Below are positions 1 through 12,668 of a stretch of DNA of 64,000 nt, piece after piece. The stretch's first letter is position 1; each line of letters begins with the position of its first letter. The position numbers were made by a program, and so were the translations under genes. The notes under the pieces were generated by a model. That model made no database searches and had not been told where the DNA came from. It saw only the letters and a program-made list of their open reading frames with translations. The stretch lies in the NCBI RefSeq assembly GCF_039654945.1, contig NW_027361825.1:2542001-2606000 (forward strand), in the 5' to 3' direction. Source of the stretch: Dendrobates tinctorius. Taxonomy: Eukaryota.

Positions 1-396
1 GAGAGCCGTAACTAACCAGAGTCACATCGCTGTCACCAGAAAGCCGTACCCAGAGCCGCAGAGCTGTCAGAGAGCTGTAACTAACCAGAGCCTCAGCGCT
101 GTCACCAGAGAACCGTACCCAGAGTCACATCGCTGTCACCAGAGAGCCGTACCCAGAGTCACAGCACTGTCACCAGAGAGCTGTACCCAGAACCGCAGCG
201 CTGTCACCAGAGAGCTGTACCCAGAACCGCAGCACTGTCACCAGAGAGCTGTACCCAGAACCGCAGCGCTGTCACCAGAGAGCCGCAACTGAAATGCAGC
301 ACTGTCACAAGAGAGCCGTAACCAGAGCCACAGCGTTGTCATAAAGCCGTACCCAGAGCCACAGCACTGTCACAAGAGAGCCGTACCCAGAGTCAC
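1..396. repeat. 34-bp minisatellite (AGAGAGCCGTACCCAGAGYCACAGCRCTGTCACC), runs off the window start
   Basis: Unit starts at 141, 175, 209 (34-bp period); about 11 degenerate copies. Confidence 0.9.
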
Positions 397-878
397 ATGG
401 ACTCTAGGTTTATGATGAACAATATCTTTCTCTTCCTCTGTGGTGTAGCAATTACTGGCGAAGGACGTGTCCCCGCTCCTGATACCTGTACCCCATCACA
501 CAATAACCCAGCAGCCTCTTCTCCTACAACTCTAACTCATGCCATATTCCTCCTCCTGGAAACACACGCAGAAATCCACAAGCTGCAGTCGTGTCTCTAC
601 ACAGCCAATCACTGCTTACAAGGTCAGGAATAACGGAGGAGTGACACAAAGAAAGACCCTGAATTGTTATTTTATGGGGAACACAAATTTTTTTTATAGT
701 GACAGCACAAGATTATTATTAGAAACAGCGCCACTGTTGTCTACAGGCCATTTCTGGTACTGCAGATCTGCCTCATGTAAGTGAATGCAATATCATATCC
801 ATGGCCAGGTGTGGCGCTATAAACCTTCATCTGCACACAGTGGGATATATGATGATCTTGTAAATACAATGCACTAAC

Positions 879-1008
879 CTGCGGACGACACCGGCAGCAG
901 AGTTATTTGCAGGGCGCTGCACGGAGCAGAGGGCGCCTCCAGGCTTGTACATGGTGGTGATGGCGGCAGCTCCATCTTCACGGAAGTCCCGGAGTCTCCT
1001 AAAGATGA
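879..1008 (-). CDS. atf6b: ATF6-beta coding exon 5 (SSLGDSGTSVKMELPPSPPCTSLEAPSAPCSALQITLLPVSSA)
   Basis: CAG acceptor and GTTAGT donor, 130 nt, phase 0 to 1, in frame with the previous exon; resembles the VK(T/M)E...APS..A(V/L)QI segment of ATF6B. Confidence 0.8.
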
Positions 1009-1190
1009 CTGTGCACAAAGACATTCACAATACCCGGAGCAGAAACTAGAACATGCAGAGAGTTATAGGGGGAGATAAGCGGCATACAGCCACTGCCAAA
1101 GACACTTATCTCTCTGGAGACAAGGCAGGACATAAGTGACATCACCGTAGGCAAGAGATCTCGTCACGGCCCCAGTAATGATGTACTCAC

Positions 1191-1273
1191 CATATAGAGG
1201 CCGTCACAGGAGGAAGAGGAATCACAGGAGGATGACGAGAAGGGGGATACCGGCTCCGTCTTCACTAAGAAAT
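1191..1273 (-). CDS. atf6b: ATF6-beta coding exon 4 (DFLVKTEPVSPFSSSSCDSSSSCDGLYM)
   Basis: TTTCTCTTTAG acceptor, GTGAGT donor, 83 nt, phase 1 to 0; VKTEPxSP plus Ser-rich motif typical of the ATF6 N-terminus. Confidence 0.85.
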
Positions 1274-1904
1274 CTAAAGAGAAACAGGAATTCCCAGTAG
1301 GCACGGGACCACCAATGCCACAGAATGGGGTCCCTAATATTCAACTATCAGACACAGGTCATTAGGACCGCAACGTTAAATGTCAATTCCAGATGATGTT
1401 CCTTTCTGCAAAGCATCATAGTCCTTATATTGAACAATATTATTTTTTCCCCTCAAATACACCCTTAAAGTGGACTTTTCCCCTCATGGGAAACATCATG
1501 ACATTACACGAGGCCAAAATATAAAAAAAATTCTCAAATAACTCTAAAATTAGGAAAACGGAAAAAATTCCTGTTTAATTTACAGACAAAAAATGTAGTG
1601 TAATTTAGTGATGAAAGCTCTGGTCCTTTATAAAAAAAAAAAAAAAAGAAAAAGAAAGAAAAAAGAAAAGGCTGAATTTGGGGCTCTGCTCTCTCACTAT
1701 TTTTACAGCCGTGTGAGGCTTCTCACCTGGGAGATACCAATATGGTGCGCAGAATGTAGACATAGGGGAGATCTGGGCTGCGGTCTTACCGTTATCGCTC
1801 ACTTCATGTGTGTTATTAGAAAGAGGCAATTTACAAAGGATTCCTGTGTATTACAGAGCAACAGGAGACTATTCAGCCACATTGTAAAGCAGGTAGTGAG
1901 AAAA

Positions 1905-4313
1905 ACAAAATTAACCCTTTACAGGAAGCCAATTCCTCTTTTAGCAGATTAACCCTTTAAAAGCGGCTAGGTCCTGTTCTGTCAGATTAACCCTTTAAAA
2001 GCAGCTAGGTCCTGTTCTGTCAGATTAACCCTTTAAAAGCAGCTAGGTCCTGTTCTGTCAGATTAACCCTTTAAAAGCAGCTAGGTCCTGTTCTGTCAGA
2101 TTAACCCTTTAAAAGCAGCTAGGTCCTGTTCTGTCAGATTAACCCTTTAAAAGCAGCTAGGTCCTGTTCTGTCAGATTTACCCTTCAGGAGCAGCTAGGT
2201 CCCCTTCTGTTAAAAAAAAAAAACCTTTAAAAGCAAGCTTTGTTCTGCCAAATTAACGCTTTAAATCAGCTAGGTCCTGCTCTGTCAGATTAACCCTTTA
2301 AAAGCAGCTAGGTCCTGTTCTGTCAGATTAATCCTTTAACCCCAAGGGTGGTTTGCACGTTCATGACCGGGCCAATTTTTACAATTCTGACCACTGTCCC
2401 TTTATGAGGTAATAACTCTGGAACGCTTCCATGGATCCCGGTGATTCTGACAATGTTTTCTCGTGACATATTGTACTTCATGTTAGTGGTAAAATTTCAT
2501 TCAAATAACTTGCGTTTATTTGTGAAAAAAACGGAAATTGGGCGAAAATTTTCAAAATTTCGCATCAGGCCTCTAACCCCCACAAGTGACCCCCATTTTG
2601 GAAATTAGACCCCCCCAAGTAACTTATTTAGATGTGCGGTGAGCACTTTGAACCCCCAAGTGCTTCACAGAAGTTTATAACATAGAACCATAAAAATAAA
2701 ATCATTTTTTTCCATAAAAATGATATTTTTGCCCCCAATTTTTTATTTTCCCAAGGGTAACAGGAGAAATTGGATCCCAAAAGTTGTTTTGCAATTTGTC
2801 CTGAGTAGGCTGATACCTCATATGTGGGGGTAAACCACTGTTTGGGCGCATGGCAGAGCTTGGAAGGGAAGGAGCACCATTTGACTTATTCAACGCAGAA
2901 TTGGCTGAAATTGAGATCAGACACCATGTTGCATTTGGAGAGCACCTGATGTGCCCAAACAGTGGAAACCCCCAAATTCTAACTCCAACCCTAGCCCCAA
3001 CACACCCCTAACCCTAATCTTAGCCCTAACCCTAATCTCAGCCCTAACCCTAACGGGAAAATGGAAATAAATACATTTTCTTTTAATTTTATTATTTTTC
3101 CCTAAGGGGGTGATAACAGGGGGTTTGATTTACTATTTATGGCGGGTTTTTATTTTTGGCAGCTGTCACACGCTAAAAGACGCTTTTTATTGTAAAAATA
3201 GTTTTTGCATCACCACATTTTGAGAGCTATAATTTTTCCGTATTTTGACCCACCGAGTCATGTGAGGTCTTATTTTTTGCAGGGCGAGTTGACGTTTTTA
3301 TTGGTATCATTTTCGGGCATGTGACTTTTTTGATCGCTTTTTATTCCGATTTTTGGGACGCAGAATGAACAAAAACCAGCATTTCATGAATTTCTTTTGG
3401 GTGGTGCGTTTACACCGTTCCGCGTGCGGTAAAATTGATAAAGCGGTTTTATTCTCCGGGTCAGTACGATTACAGCAATACCTCATTTATGTTTTTTTTT
3501 ATGTTTTGGCGCTTTTATGCAATGAAAACAATTTTATATAAAAAATAATTATTATTGCATCGCTTTATTCTGCGAGCTAAAACTTTATTTTTTCACTGTG
3601 TGGCGGCTCGATTTTTGCGGGACAAGATGACGTTTTCAGCGCTACCATGGTTATTTATATCCGTCTTTTTGATCCCGCGTTGTTGCACTTTTTGTTCGGC
3701 GGTATGATGATAAAACAATACTTTTTCCTTTGTTTTTTATTTTTTAAGGGGATCAATAAAGGGGTTAACTAGTGGGACACTTTTATAGGGCGGGTCGTTA
3801 CGGACATGGCGATACTAAATATGTGTACTCTTTTTTTTTTTTATTTCCAAAAAAGGAAATTATTAAGGAATATTTTTTTTTTTTTTTTTAATTTATTTAG
3901 CGATTTTTTTATATATATGACACATGGACGGGATAGTACGTCATGTGTCGGAAAGGGGTTAAAAGCAGCTAGGTCCTGTTCTGTCAGATTAGCCCTTTAA
4001 AAGCAGCAAGGTCCTCCTCTGTCTGATTAACCCTTTAAAAGCTGCTAGGTTCCGTTCTGTCAGATTTACCTTTTAGAAGCAGCTAGGTCCTATTCTGTTA
4101 ACTAAACCCTTTAAAAGCTGCTAGGTCCTGTTCTGTCAGATTAACCCTTTAAAAGCAGCTATGTCCTGTTCTGTCAGATTTACCCTTCAGGAGCAGCTAG
4201 GTCCCATTCTGTTAAAAAAAAAACCTTTAAAAGTAACAAAGTCTTGTTCTGCCAAATTAACTCTTTAAATCAGCTAAGTCCTGTTCTGTCAGATTTACCC
4301 TTTAAAAGCAGCT
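1905..4313. repeat. 38-bp minisatellite (GTCAGATTAACCCTTTAAAAGCAGCTAGGTCCTGTTCT), split by a TTAA-specific transposon
   Basis: Copies at ~1905-2339 and 3959-4313; unit starts at 1981 and 2019. Confidence 0.9.
2340..3958. mobile_element. Non-autonomous piggyBac-type (TTAA) DNA transposon with an internal (CCCTAA)n-like tract
   Basis: TTAA at 2336-2339 and 3959-3962, CCCC...GGGG termini; removing it restores one satellite unit; CCCTAA-like repeats at ~2985-3052. Confidence 0.75.
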
Positions 4314-5033
4314 GTATCTTCCTCCCTGATCGGGGCTGTATAATACACAGAGACATCTTAATACATAGCTGATGAATAATAATTTTGCATGAAGCAAAGT
4401 TTCTCCTCCTAGCGGGAGGTGAGGTATGTTTCCACTTGATTTTGCATTTTGCCTAGTCACAAAACATCGGGATGCATAGATAATATTTGTATAATATTTT
4501 CTATTGAAGAAATCTAGGAGAAAAGTTAGTGAATTAATTCTTCTATTGTATTCTATAGAGCATCAAGTTGAAAAATGGCGAAGCAGGCTAAATCCTTCCA
4601 GATCTGAGTAGAGGATGATTTATAAACAGCTCCCCCTCACACTTGATGAGCTTTGTAAAAAAAAAAATTAGATCCATAAGACATCTCCAGGGAGGGCACA
4701 TTCACCCCCAAAGCCCCCCCCAAACAGAACTTCAGGGAGAAAGAGATTACGCTTCATATAAAACTAATTAAATCACATGAAGCTCCAGCTTCAAACTTCT
4801 TTTGAAGCAGGGAGGGCCTGCGGTGACCAAATGGATAAAACAGGATATCTATTGTAGGGAAGAGTCAAAGTCTGAGGTTTGTAGATTCAAGAGGCAGAGA
4901 AGTGGGATATCTAACACCTTTAGAGGTAACTGGACATCTACAACTAGACAGTTCTGTGCCCATGGTGAGACAGGAATATTGGGTTTTGTATAGATTAGAT
5001 ATAGATGGTGGATACATTTTTTGAATTGGTAAA

Positions 5034-6393
5034 TTCAAAAAAGTTTATTTTTTTCTCATTGATGTACACTCTGCACCCCATCTTGACTGAAAAAAACAGA
5101 AATGTAGAAATTTTTGAAAATTTATTAAGAAAGAAAAACTGAAATATCACATGGTCATAAGTATTCAGACCCTTTGCTCAGACACTCATATTTAAGTCAC
5201 ATGCTGTCCATTTCCTTGTGATCCTCCTTGAGATGGTTCTACTCCCTCAATGGAGTCCAGCTGAGTTTAATTAAACTGATAGGATTTGATTTGTAAAGGC
5301 ACACACCTGTCTATATAAGACCTCACAGCTCACAGTGCATGTCACACCAACTGAGAATCATGAGCTCAAAAGGAACTGACTAAGGAGCTCAGAGACAGAA
5401 TTGTGGCAAGGCACAGATCTAGCCAAGGTTACAAAGAACTTCTGCAGTGTTCAAGGTTCCTAAGAGCACAGTGGCCTCCATAATCCCTAAATGGAAGAAG
5501 TTTGGGACCACCAGAAGTCTTCCTAGACCTGGCCGACCAGCCAAACTGAGCAATCGTGGGAGAAGAGCCTTGGTGAGCGAGGTAAAGAAGAAACCCAAGA
5601 TCACTGTGGCTGAGCTCCAGAGATGCAATAGGAAGATGGGAGAAAGTTCCACAAAGTCAACTATCACTGCAGCCCTCCACCAGTCGGGCCTTTATGGCAG
5701 AGTGGCCCGACGGAAACCTCTCCTCAGTGCAAGACATATGAAAGCCTGCATAGAGTTTGCTAGAAAACACATGAAGGACTCCCAGACTATGAGAAATAAG
5801 ATTCTCTGGTCTGATGAGACAAAGTTAGATCTTTTTGGTGATAATTCTAAGTGGTATGTGTGGAGAAAACCAGGCACTGCTCATCACCTGCCCAATACAA
5901 TCCCAACAGTGAAACAAGGTGGTGGCAGCAATATGCTATGGGGGTGTTTTTCAGCTGCAAGGACAGGACGACTTTTTACAATTGAAGGAAACATGATTGC
6001 GGCCAAGTACAGAGATTTCCTGGACGAAAACCTCTTCCAGAGTGCTCTGCACCTCAGACTCGGCCGAAGGTTCACCTTCCAACAAGACAATGACCCTAAG
6101 CACACAGCTAAAATAACAAAGGTGTGAATTCAGAACAACTCTGACAATTCTTGACTGGTCCAGTCAGAGCCCTGACCTAAACCCAATTGAGTATCTCTGG
6201 AGAGACCTGAAAATGGCTGTCCACCAACGTTCACTATCCAACCTGATGGAAATGGAGAGGATCTGCAAGGAAGAATGGCAGAGGATCCCCAAATCCAGGT
6301 GTGAAAAACTTGTTGCATCATTCCCAAGGAGGCTCATGGCTGTACTAGCTCAAAAGGGTGCTTCTACTCAATACTGAGCAAAGGGTCTGAATA
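5034..6393 (+). mobile_element. Decayed Tc1-like (DD34E) transposon; transposase pseudogene 5360-6377
   Basis: Paired-like HTH, GRP, WSDETK, QQDNDPKH and SPDLNPIE-type motifs; frameshift near the ATG, stop at 6125-6127; inverted DR AAGTATTCAGACCCTTTGC / GCAAAGGGTCTGAATA. Confidence 0.92.
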
Positions 6394-7921
6394 AAAAGAC
6401 CACTGCAAAATTTTCAGTTTAACTAATTTTTCTCTTTATAAATATATTTTTGAGCAAAATGTAAATTGCTCTTTTATTCTATAAACTACTGACAACATGT
6501 CTTCGAATTTCCAAGCACTCAATTTTGAATTTTTTTAATTTATTTTCAGAAAATGAGAAATGGACAAAATAACCAAAAAAATGCAGTGCTTGCAGACCTC
6601 AAATAATGCTAAAAAACAAGTTCATAATCATTTAGAAACAACAATACTAATGTTTTAACTCAGGAAGAGTTCAGAAATCAAATATTTTGTGGAATAACCA
6701 TGATTGTTAATCATAGCTTTCATGCGTCTTGGCATGCTTGCCACCAGTTTTTCATGCTGCTTTTGGGTGACCTTATGCCACTCCTGGAACAAATATTTAA
6801 GCAGTTCTTTGTTTGATGGCTTGTGACTATCCATCTGTCTTTTGATTACATTCCAGAGGTTTTCAATGGGATTCAGGTCTGGAGATTTGGCTGGCCATGA
6901 CAGGGAGTTGATGTGGTGGTCCTTCATCCTCACATTGATTGACCTAGAGTTGGGGAACATTGCCTGAGCAGAAGGAATCAACGGTTTTTCCAGGATAACC
7001 TTGTATGCAGCTTGATTCATACGTCCTTCACAAAGATTAAGCTGCCCAATTCCAGCCTTGCTGAAGCATCCCCAGATCATTACCGATCATCCACCAAATT
7101 TCACAGTTGGTGCAAGACAGTGTGGCTTGTACGCCTCCCCAGGTCTCCGTCTAACCATTAGACGACCAGGTGTTGGGCAAAGCTAAAAATTAGATTACCT
7201 TACTCCAGTCCTCTATGGTCCAATCTTTATGGACTTTGGCAAACTTCAGCCTGGCTCTCCATTGCTTCTCATTGATGAAAGGCTTTTTTCTAGCTTTACA
7301 TGACTTGAGCCCTGCCTCCAGGAGCTGGTACGAACTGTTCTTGCCGGGCACTTCACCACAGCTGCCATTTGCCATTCCTTTTGTAGGTCACTTGATGTCA
7401 GCCTGCGGTTGCTGAGTGACATTCAAATAAGATGACGGTCATCCCGGTCAGTGGAGGGTTGTTTTCGCCCTCTGCCAGTCTGTAGCTTGACTTTGTTGTA
7501 ATGGACTGCTGTCATAGAAATATTAAGGATGGAGGCAACATGACGCTCACTGTATCCCTCTGCTAGTAAAGCCAGAATTGAGCCCTTCTTTTCCTCACTC
7601 AAGATTTTTCTTTTCAACTCCTTTGGCATGGTTAAGTTTGTTTTCATTCCTATTACTTTTGGGATATTACTAGCACTTGTTTTGCCATCCAGCTTGTTCT
7701 ATTGCAAGAGGATTGTGAACCCCACAGCAGGGTTTTTATTCTTTCCTTTGTTAAATAAGATTTGGTTCAGGTGATCACCTAATCAGAAGCACATTAAGTA
7801 GAAAGAGGTGTACTCTGGTTGGAATTCAACTGACACTGGAATGGAATGGCTGTCAGACATGTAGAGACGCTGATTTTTATAAAACTGTGAAGTGGTCTCT
7901 TAATTTTTGCCAGGGCTGTGT
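6393..7921 (-). mobile_element. Decayed Tc1-like transposon (second family)
   Basis: Fragments ARKKPFINEKQ..RLKFAK..WSKVI, MIWGCFS and WPAKSPDLNPIENLW; TIR ...AGTGGTCTCTTAATTTTTGCCAGGGCTGTG followed by TA. Confidence 0.9.
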
Positions 7922-7953
7922 ATATATATATATATATACACACACACATATAT

Positions 7954-10900
7954 TGTGGCAGGGCTAAGGGTCGTGTAATTGATGGGAGATATGTGTCTCA
8001 TAAATGGCTTGTCTCCATAATGTAAGGCATAAGTAAAGCATACCAGATATTGTTATTGTTTTTGTTTGAAGGACCTGTGGTGAGGTCACAGTCAGGTGAC
8101 CAGTCAGCTGCTGGGTTCGTGGGTGTGGCTATAGCCTTATAATGTGACCTGCTCCTGAACCAGGGAGCTGTATGTGGGGAGGACTACACCTCCCAGCATG
8201 TGCTGAGACTCACGGTCTGAGTCTGCAACTACGAACGTTTATGTTTTGTTTGCCTAAGCTAGAGGCTATTATGGTGACACGCTGTTTTATGGTTTATGAC
8301 AGAAATAAACCTCATGAACTTTGGAAGAACCTGTCTCCTGATTGTCTCCCGCTGCACCTGAGTGAGTCACATCCCTACAATTGGTGGAGAATGCGGGCAG
8401 CGGTCCCAGCAGAGACTTGAGACAGTTGCTGCATGTCCTGGGTGAAGTTTGCAGCGGGGCAACAAGCACTGCTGGGAATCATGGAGGACCTGCTGAAACA
8501 CCTGGTCCAGTCCCAGGCTCTGCAGCAGGAAACCAACAAGCTGTTGTTACAGCAGATCCAGCAAAGCCAGCAGGAGCAGCGGCAGCAGTTCCAGCACAGC
8601 CAGCAGGAACAACGGCAGCAGATGCAGCTTCTGGCAACCGCCATCCAGGAGGGCAGGACGAGCGCCCCAACCCCAGGTCGGGCTGATGCCACCGACGTCG
8701 AGAAGGCGGTAAGACGCGCATTACAAAAAATGACCCCTGAGGATGATGTTGAGGCCTTCCTGACGGTGTTTGAAAGGGTGGCTAAGAGGGAAAAAATTCA
8801 GCCAGAGCGGTGGGCGGAGGTACTGGCCCCATACCTAACGGGGGAGCCCCAGAAGGCGTACTTTGACCTGACGGTACAAGATGCCAGAGAGTATCCCAAA
8901 TTAAAAGCGGAAATTCTCGCCCGCTTGGGGGTAACAATGACTACCAGGGCACAGAGAGTTCATCGTTGGGCCTATCACCGGGACAAATCCCCGCACTCCC
9001 AAATGTTTGACCTGTTGCACCTGGTCCAGAAATGGCTGCAGCCAGAGTCGGCTTCCCCTGCACAGATGGTAGAGCGAGTTGTGATGGATCGGTTTGTGCA
9101 TTCTCTGCCGAGACCTCTACAGACTTGGGTTGCCCAGGGTGATCCCCAAAATGCTGATGAACTGGTTGGGCTGGTCGAGAGATACCAGGGGATGGAAGGT
9201 TCCTTGGGGAAGCAGCCCATTCCATATTGGGGGTCCCAGCAGGGGGCGGAGTCACAAAAAGAGGTGGTGCGTCCAAGGTCAAAAGGGGCGGGGGAGGCGG
9301 TGCCCAAGGTCCCCTCGGGTGTTATTTGCTGGAAGTGTCATGGGCCAGGACATATAGCGGCCCGTTGTCCCCAGACCACCGAGCAGATGGACTGCAGCAT
9401 GGGACGCCGTAGTTCATACTACGCATATCCAGCTTGCAGTGTGAACTCACTACCTAACAAGGGGCCACAATCGTGTCCCGTGAAGGTGAACGGTCGAGCA
9501 GTAATGGCGCTTCTGGACTCCGTGAGCTTGGTGACCCTTGTGAGGGCCAGTTTTCCTCTAAACATACTCCCGGGTAAAAAGATTGGTGTTCGGTGCATAC
9601 ATGGCGATGCAAAGGACTAACCTATGGCTAGGGTGAATATTGAAACGGCGCATGGCACCGAGTCACATGAAGTTGGCGTTGTTCGAGACTTGTTGCATCC
9701 TATAATTATTGGCCGGGATTTCTGTCTGTTTTGAGATCTGTGGGGGATGGGTTCTGAGTGTGCTAGCAAGAGCAAGGAACCAATCCACCCCACTGAGGTA
9801 TCGCCACCACCAGACGCAGACGAGTTTCCTTTATGTGTCCTTGTTGGGGGATGAAGAGGAAGGGTCCCCTGTACCTGACATCCTGGAGTTAGGGGTGGCC
9901 GGGGAGAATTTTGGGACTGCCCAACATAGGGACCCCACACTAAGGGAAGCCTCTAACAATGTCACCGTCATTAATGGGGTTGCACAAGAGCCGGGAGCAG
10001 ACACAAGGTTTCCCCATTTTATGTTGAGTGGGGAATTGTTGTACCGGGTCACGAAAATAAGGGAGGAGGTGGCAGAGCAGTTAATAGTACCAGGCTCCTA
10101 TAGACGAAAAGTGTTGGACATGGCCCATTCCCACATCTTGGGGGGCACCTGGGTGTGGAAAAAACCCAGGAACGGATTGTACAGAGGTTCTATTGGCCTG
10201 GGTGTCACCGGGAAATAGTAAACTTTTGCAGGTCCTGCCCGACATGTCAGTTAACTGCCCCCACATCTCATTTTCGGAACCCTCTTGTGCCACTGCCCAT
10301 TATTGAGGTGCCATTTGAGAGAATCGCCATGGACTTGTTCGGTCCCTTAGTTAAATCAGCTCGGGGCCATCATTATATATTAGTCATCCTGGACTATGCT
10401 ACACGGTATCCTGAGGCCATTCCCCTGAGAAACTCCTCCGCGAAGAGTATAGCCCGTGAGCTGGTCCATGTGTTTTCCCGGACGGGTTTGCCGAAGGAGA
10501 TCCTGACCGACCAGGGGACACCTTTTATGAGCAAGGTGATGAGAGAATTGTGCAGTGTCTTGCAAATTTCCCAGTTGAGGACTTCAGTGTGCCATCCGCA
10601 GTCAGATGGCCTTGTTGAGAGGTTTAACAAGACCCTGAAGAGCATGCTGAGAAAAGTCATAGAGGAAGATGGTAGAGACTGGGATTGTCTCTTACCGTAT
10701 TTACTGTTTTCTATCCGTGAAGTTCCCCAGGCCTCCACGGGGTTCTGCCCCTTCGAGCTTCTGTACGGCCGGCATCCGCGAGGTCTCCTAGATATAGCCA
10801 AGGAAACCTGGGAAGCCGAAGTCACGCCCCACAGAAGCGTCATTGAGCATGTGGCACTGATGCAGCAGAGGGTTGCGAAGGTGATGCCCATTGTTAAAGA

Positions 10901-12604
10901 ACATCTCCGCCAGGCACAAGAGGCTCAGGCCAGGGTCTACAACCGGTCAGCCAGAGTGAGGCAGTTCAATCCGGGAGACCGAGTTCTCGTGCTAATCCCG
11001 ACGGTGGAAAGTAAGTTCTTGGCCAAGTGGCAAGGGCCATATGAGGTGGTGGAGAAGCTGGGAGACGTAAACTACAAGATCCACCAACCCGGAAGACGGA
11101 AGCCATACCAGGTTTACCATGTTAACCTTATCAAGCCGTGGCAAGAAAAGAGCCAGCGGTAACTCCGTGCTTGCTGGGCAACCTAGAAGGGGAGGTTGGA
11201 GCCGTTACCATAGCGGAGACTCTATCGAAGGCCCAGAAACAGCAGTGCCGGGAGTTACTCCAGAAAAACAGCGACCTGTTCTCAGAGTTGCCGGGGTGCA
11301 CGAAGGTGGTGGAGCACGAAATTCTGACCGAGCCACATGTGCGGGTGAACGTGAAACCATATCGTATTCCTGAGGCCCGGCGAGAGGTAATCTCCAAGGA
11401 GGTGCAGCGTATGTTGAAGCTCGGGGTCATTGAGGAATCCAAGAGCGGCTGGTCGAGCCCGATTGTCCTGGTCCCAAAACCTGATGGTGAATGGAGGTTC
11501 TGCAACGATTACCGGAAGCTGAATGAGGTATCCAAGTTCGACGCTTATCCCATGCCACGCGTTGATGAGCTCATCGAGAGATATGGACCTGCCAGGTACA
11601 TAACCACTTTGGATCTGACCAAGGGATATTGGCAGATCCCCATGGCACAGGAAGCCAAGGAGAAGACGGCATTCTCCACACCAGACGGGTGCTTCCAGTA
11701 TATCCGGATGCCGTTTGGCCTACAGGGAGCTCCAGCAACCCGTTTTGGTGCCCCCAGACTTTAAACGTGAATTTGTCCTCCAGACAGATGCCTCAGATGT
11801 CGGGGTAGGAGCAGTCCTTTCCCAAGAGATACGTGGGGAGGAGCATCCTGTTCTCTACTTGAGTAGGAAGTTGACCTCTTGTGAGAGAAATTACTCAGTT
11901 GTAGAGAAGGAGTGTTTGGCCATAAAATGGGCAGTGGACACATTACGGTACTACCTGGTGGGACGGAAGTTTAGGTTAATATCCGACCATGCCCCACTCA
12001 GGTGGATGAGGAAAACCAAGGGCAAGAATGCTAGGGTCACCCGCTGGTTCTTAGCCCTACAAGACTTCAGCTTCCATGTAGAGCATAGGGCCAGGAAGCT
12101 ACATGGGAATGCCAATGCCCTCTCCAGAATCCCTTGCCTGGTAGGTGAAAGTGCCAAGCCCCACGGCTTTAGGCAGAGGGGGGAGGTATGTGGCAGGGCT
12201 AAGGGTCGTGTAATTGATGGGAGATATGTGTCTCATAAATGGCTTATCTCCATAATGTAAGGCATACCAGATATTGTTATTGTTTTTGTTTGAAGGACCT
12301 GTGGTGAGGTCACAGTCATGTGACCTGTCAGCTGCTGGGTTCGTGGGTGTGGCTATAGCCTTATAATGTGACCTGCTCCTGAACCAGGGAGCTGTATGTG
12401 GGGAGGACTACACCTCCCAGCATGTGCTGAGACTCACGGTCTGAGTCTGCAACCACGAACATTTATGTTTTGTTTGCCTAAGCTAGAGGCTATTTTTGGT
12501 GACACGCTGTTTTATGGTTTATGACAGAAATAAACCTCATGAACTTTGGAAGAACCTGTCTCCTGATTGTCTCCCGCTGCACCTGAGTGAGTCACATCCC
12601 TACA
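7954..12604 (+). mobile_element. Gmr1-type Gypsy LTR retrotransposon (gag with SCAN-like domain and CCHC, PR, INT, RT, RH), defective
   Basis: Near-identical TG..CA LTRs 7954-8379 and 12189-12604; PBS TGGTGGAGAATGCGGGCA (tRNA-Ala) at 8382-8399; PPT before 12189; integrase ORF (10155-11162) precedes RT (11138-11764) and RNase H (11715-12260). Confidence 0.95.
8433..9620 (+). pseudogene. Retrotransposon Gag (SCAN-like capsid C-terminal domain, CCHC knuckle) and start of aspartic protease
   Basis: LLHLVQKWLQPE...MVERVVMDRFVHSLPRPLQTWV...DPQNADELVGLVERY; CWKCHGPGHIAARC; ALLDSVSLVT (degenerate DSG). Confidence 0.88.
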
Positions 12605-12606
12605 AA

Positions 12607-12658
<52 letters not shown>

Positions 12659-12668
12659 ACACACACAC

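Noticed and set aside
397-784. Possible next atf6b exon or short + strand ORFs
   Set aside because: Candidate acceptors lead to early stops or to peptides with no ATF6B similarity
2985-3052. Interstitial telomere or chromosome fusion site
   Set aside because: Short, degenerate, and internal to a TTAA-bounded transposon
8382-8399. tRNA genes here and at 55207-55224
   Set aside because: Only 18-nt complements of tRNA 3' ends next to LTRs, i.e. primer-binding sites
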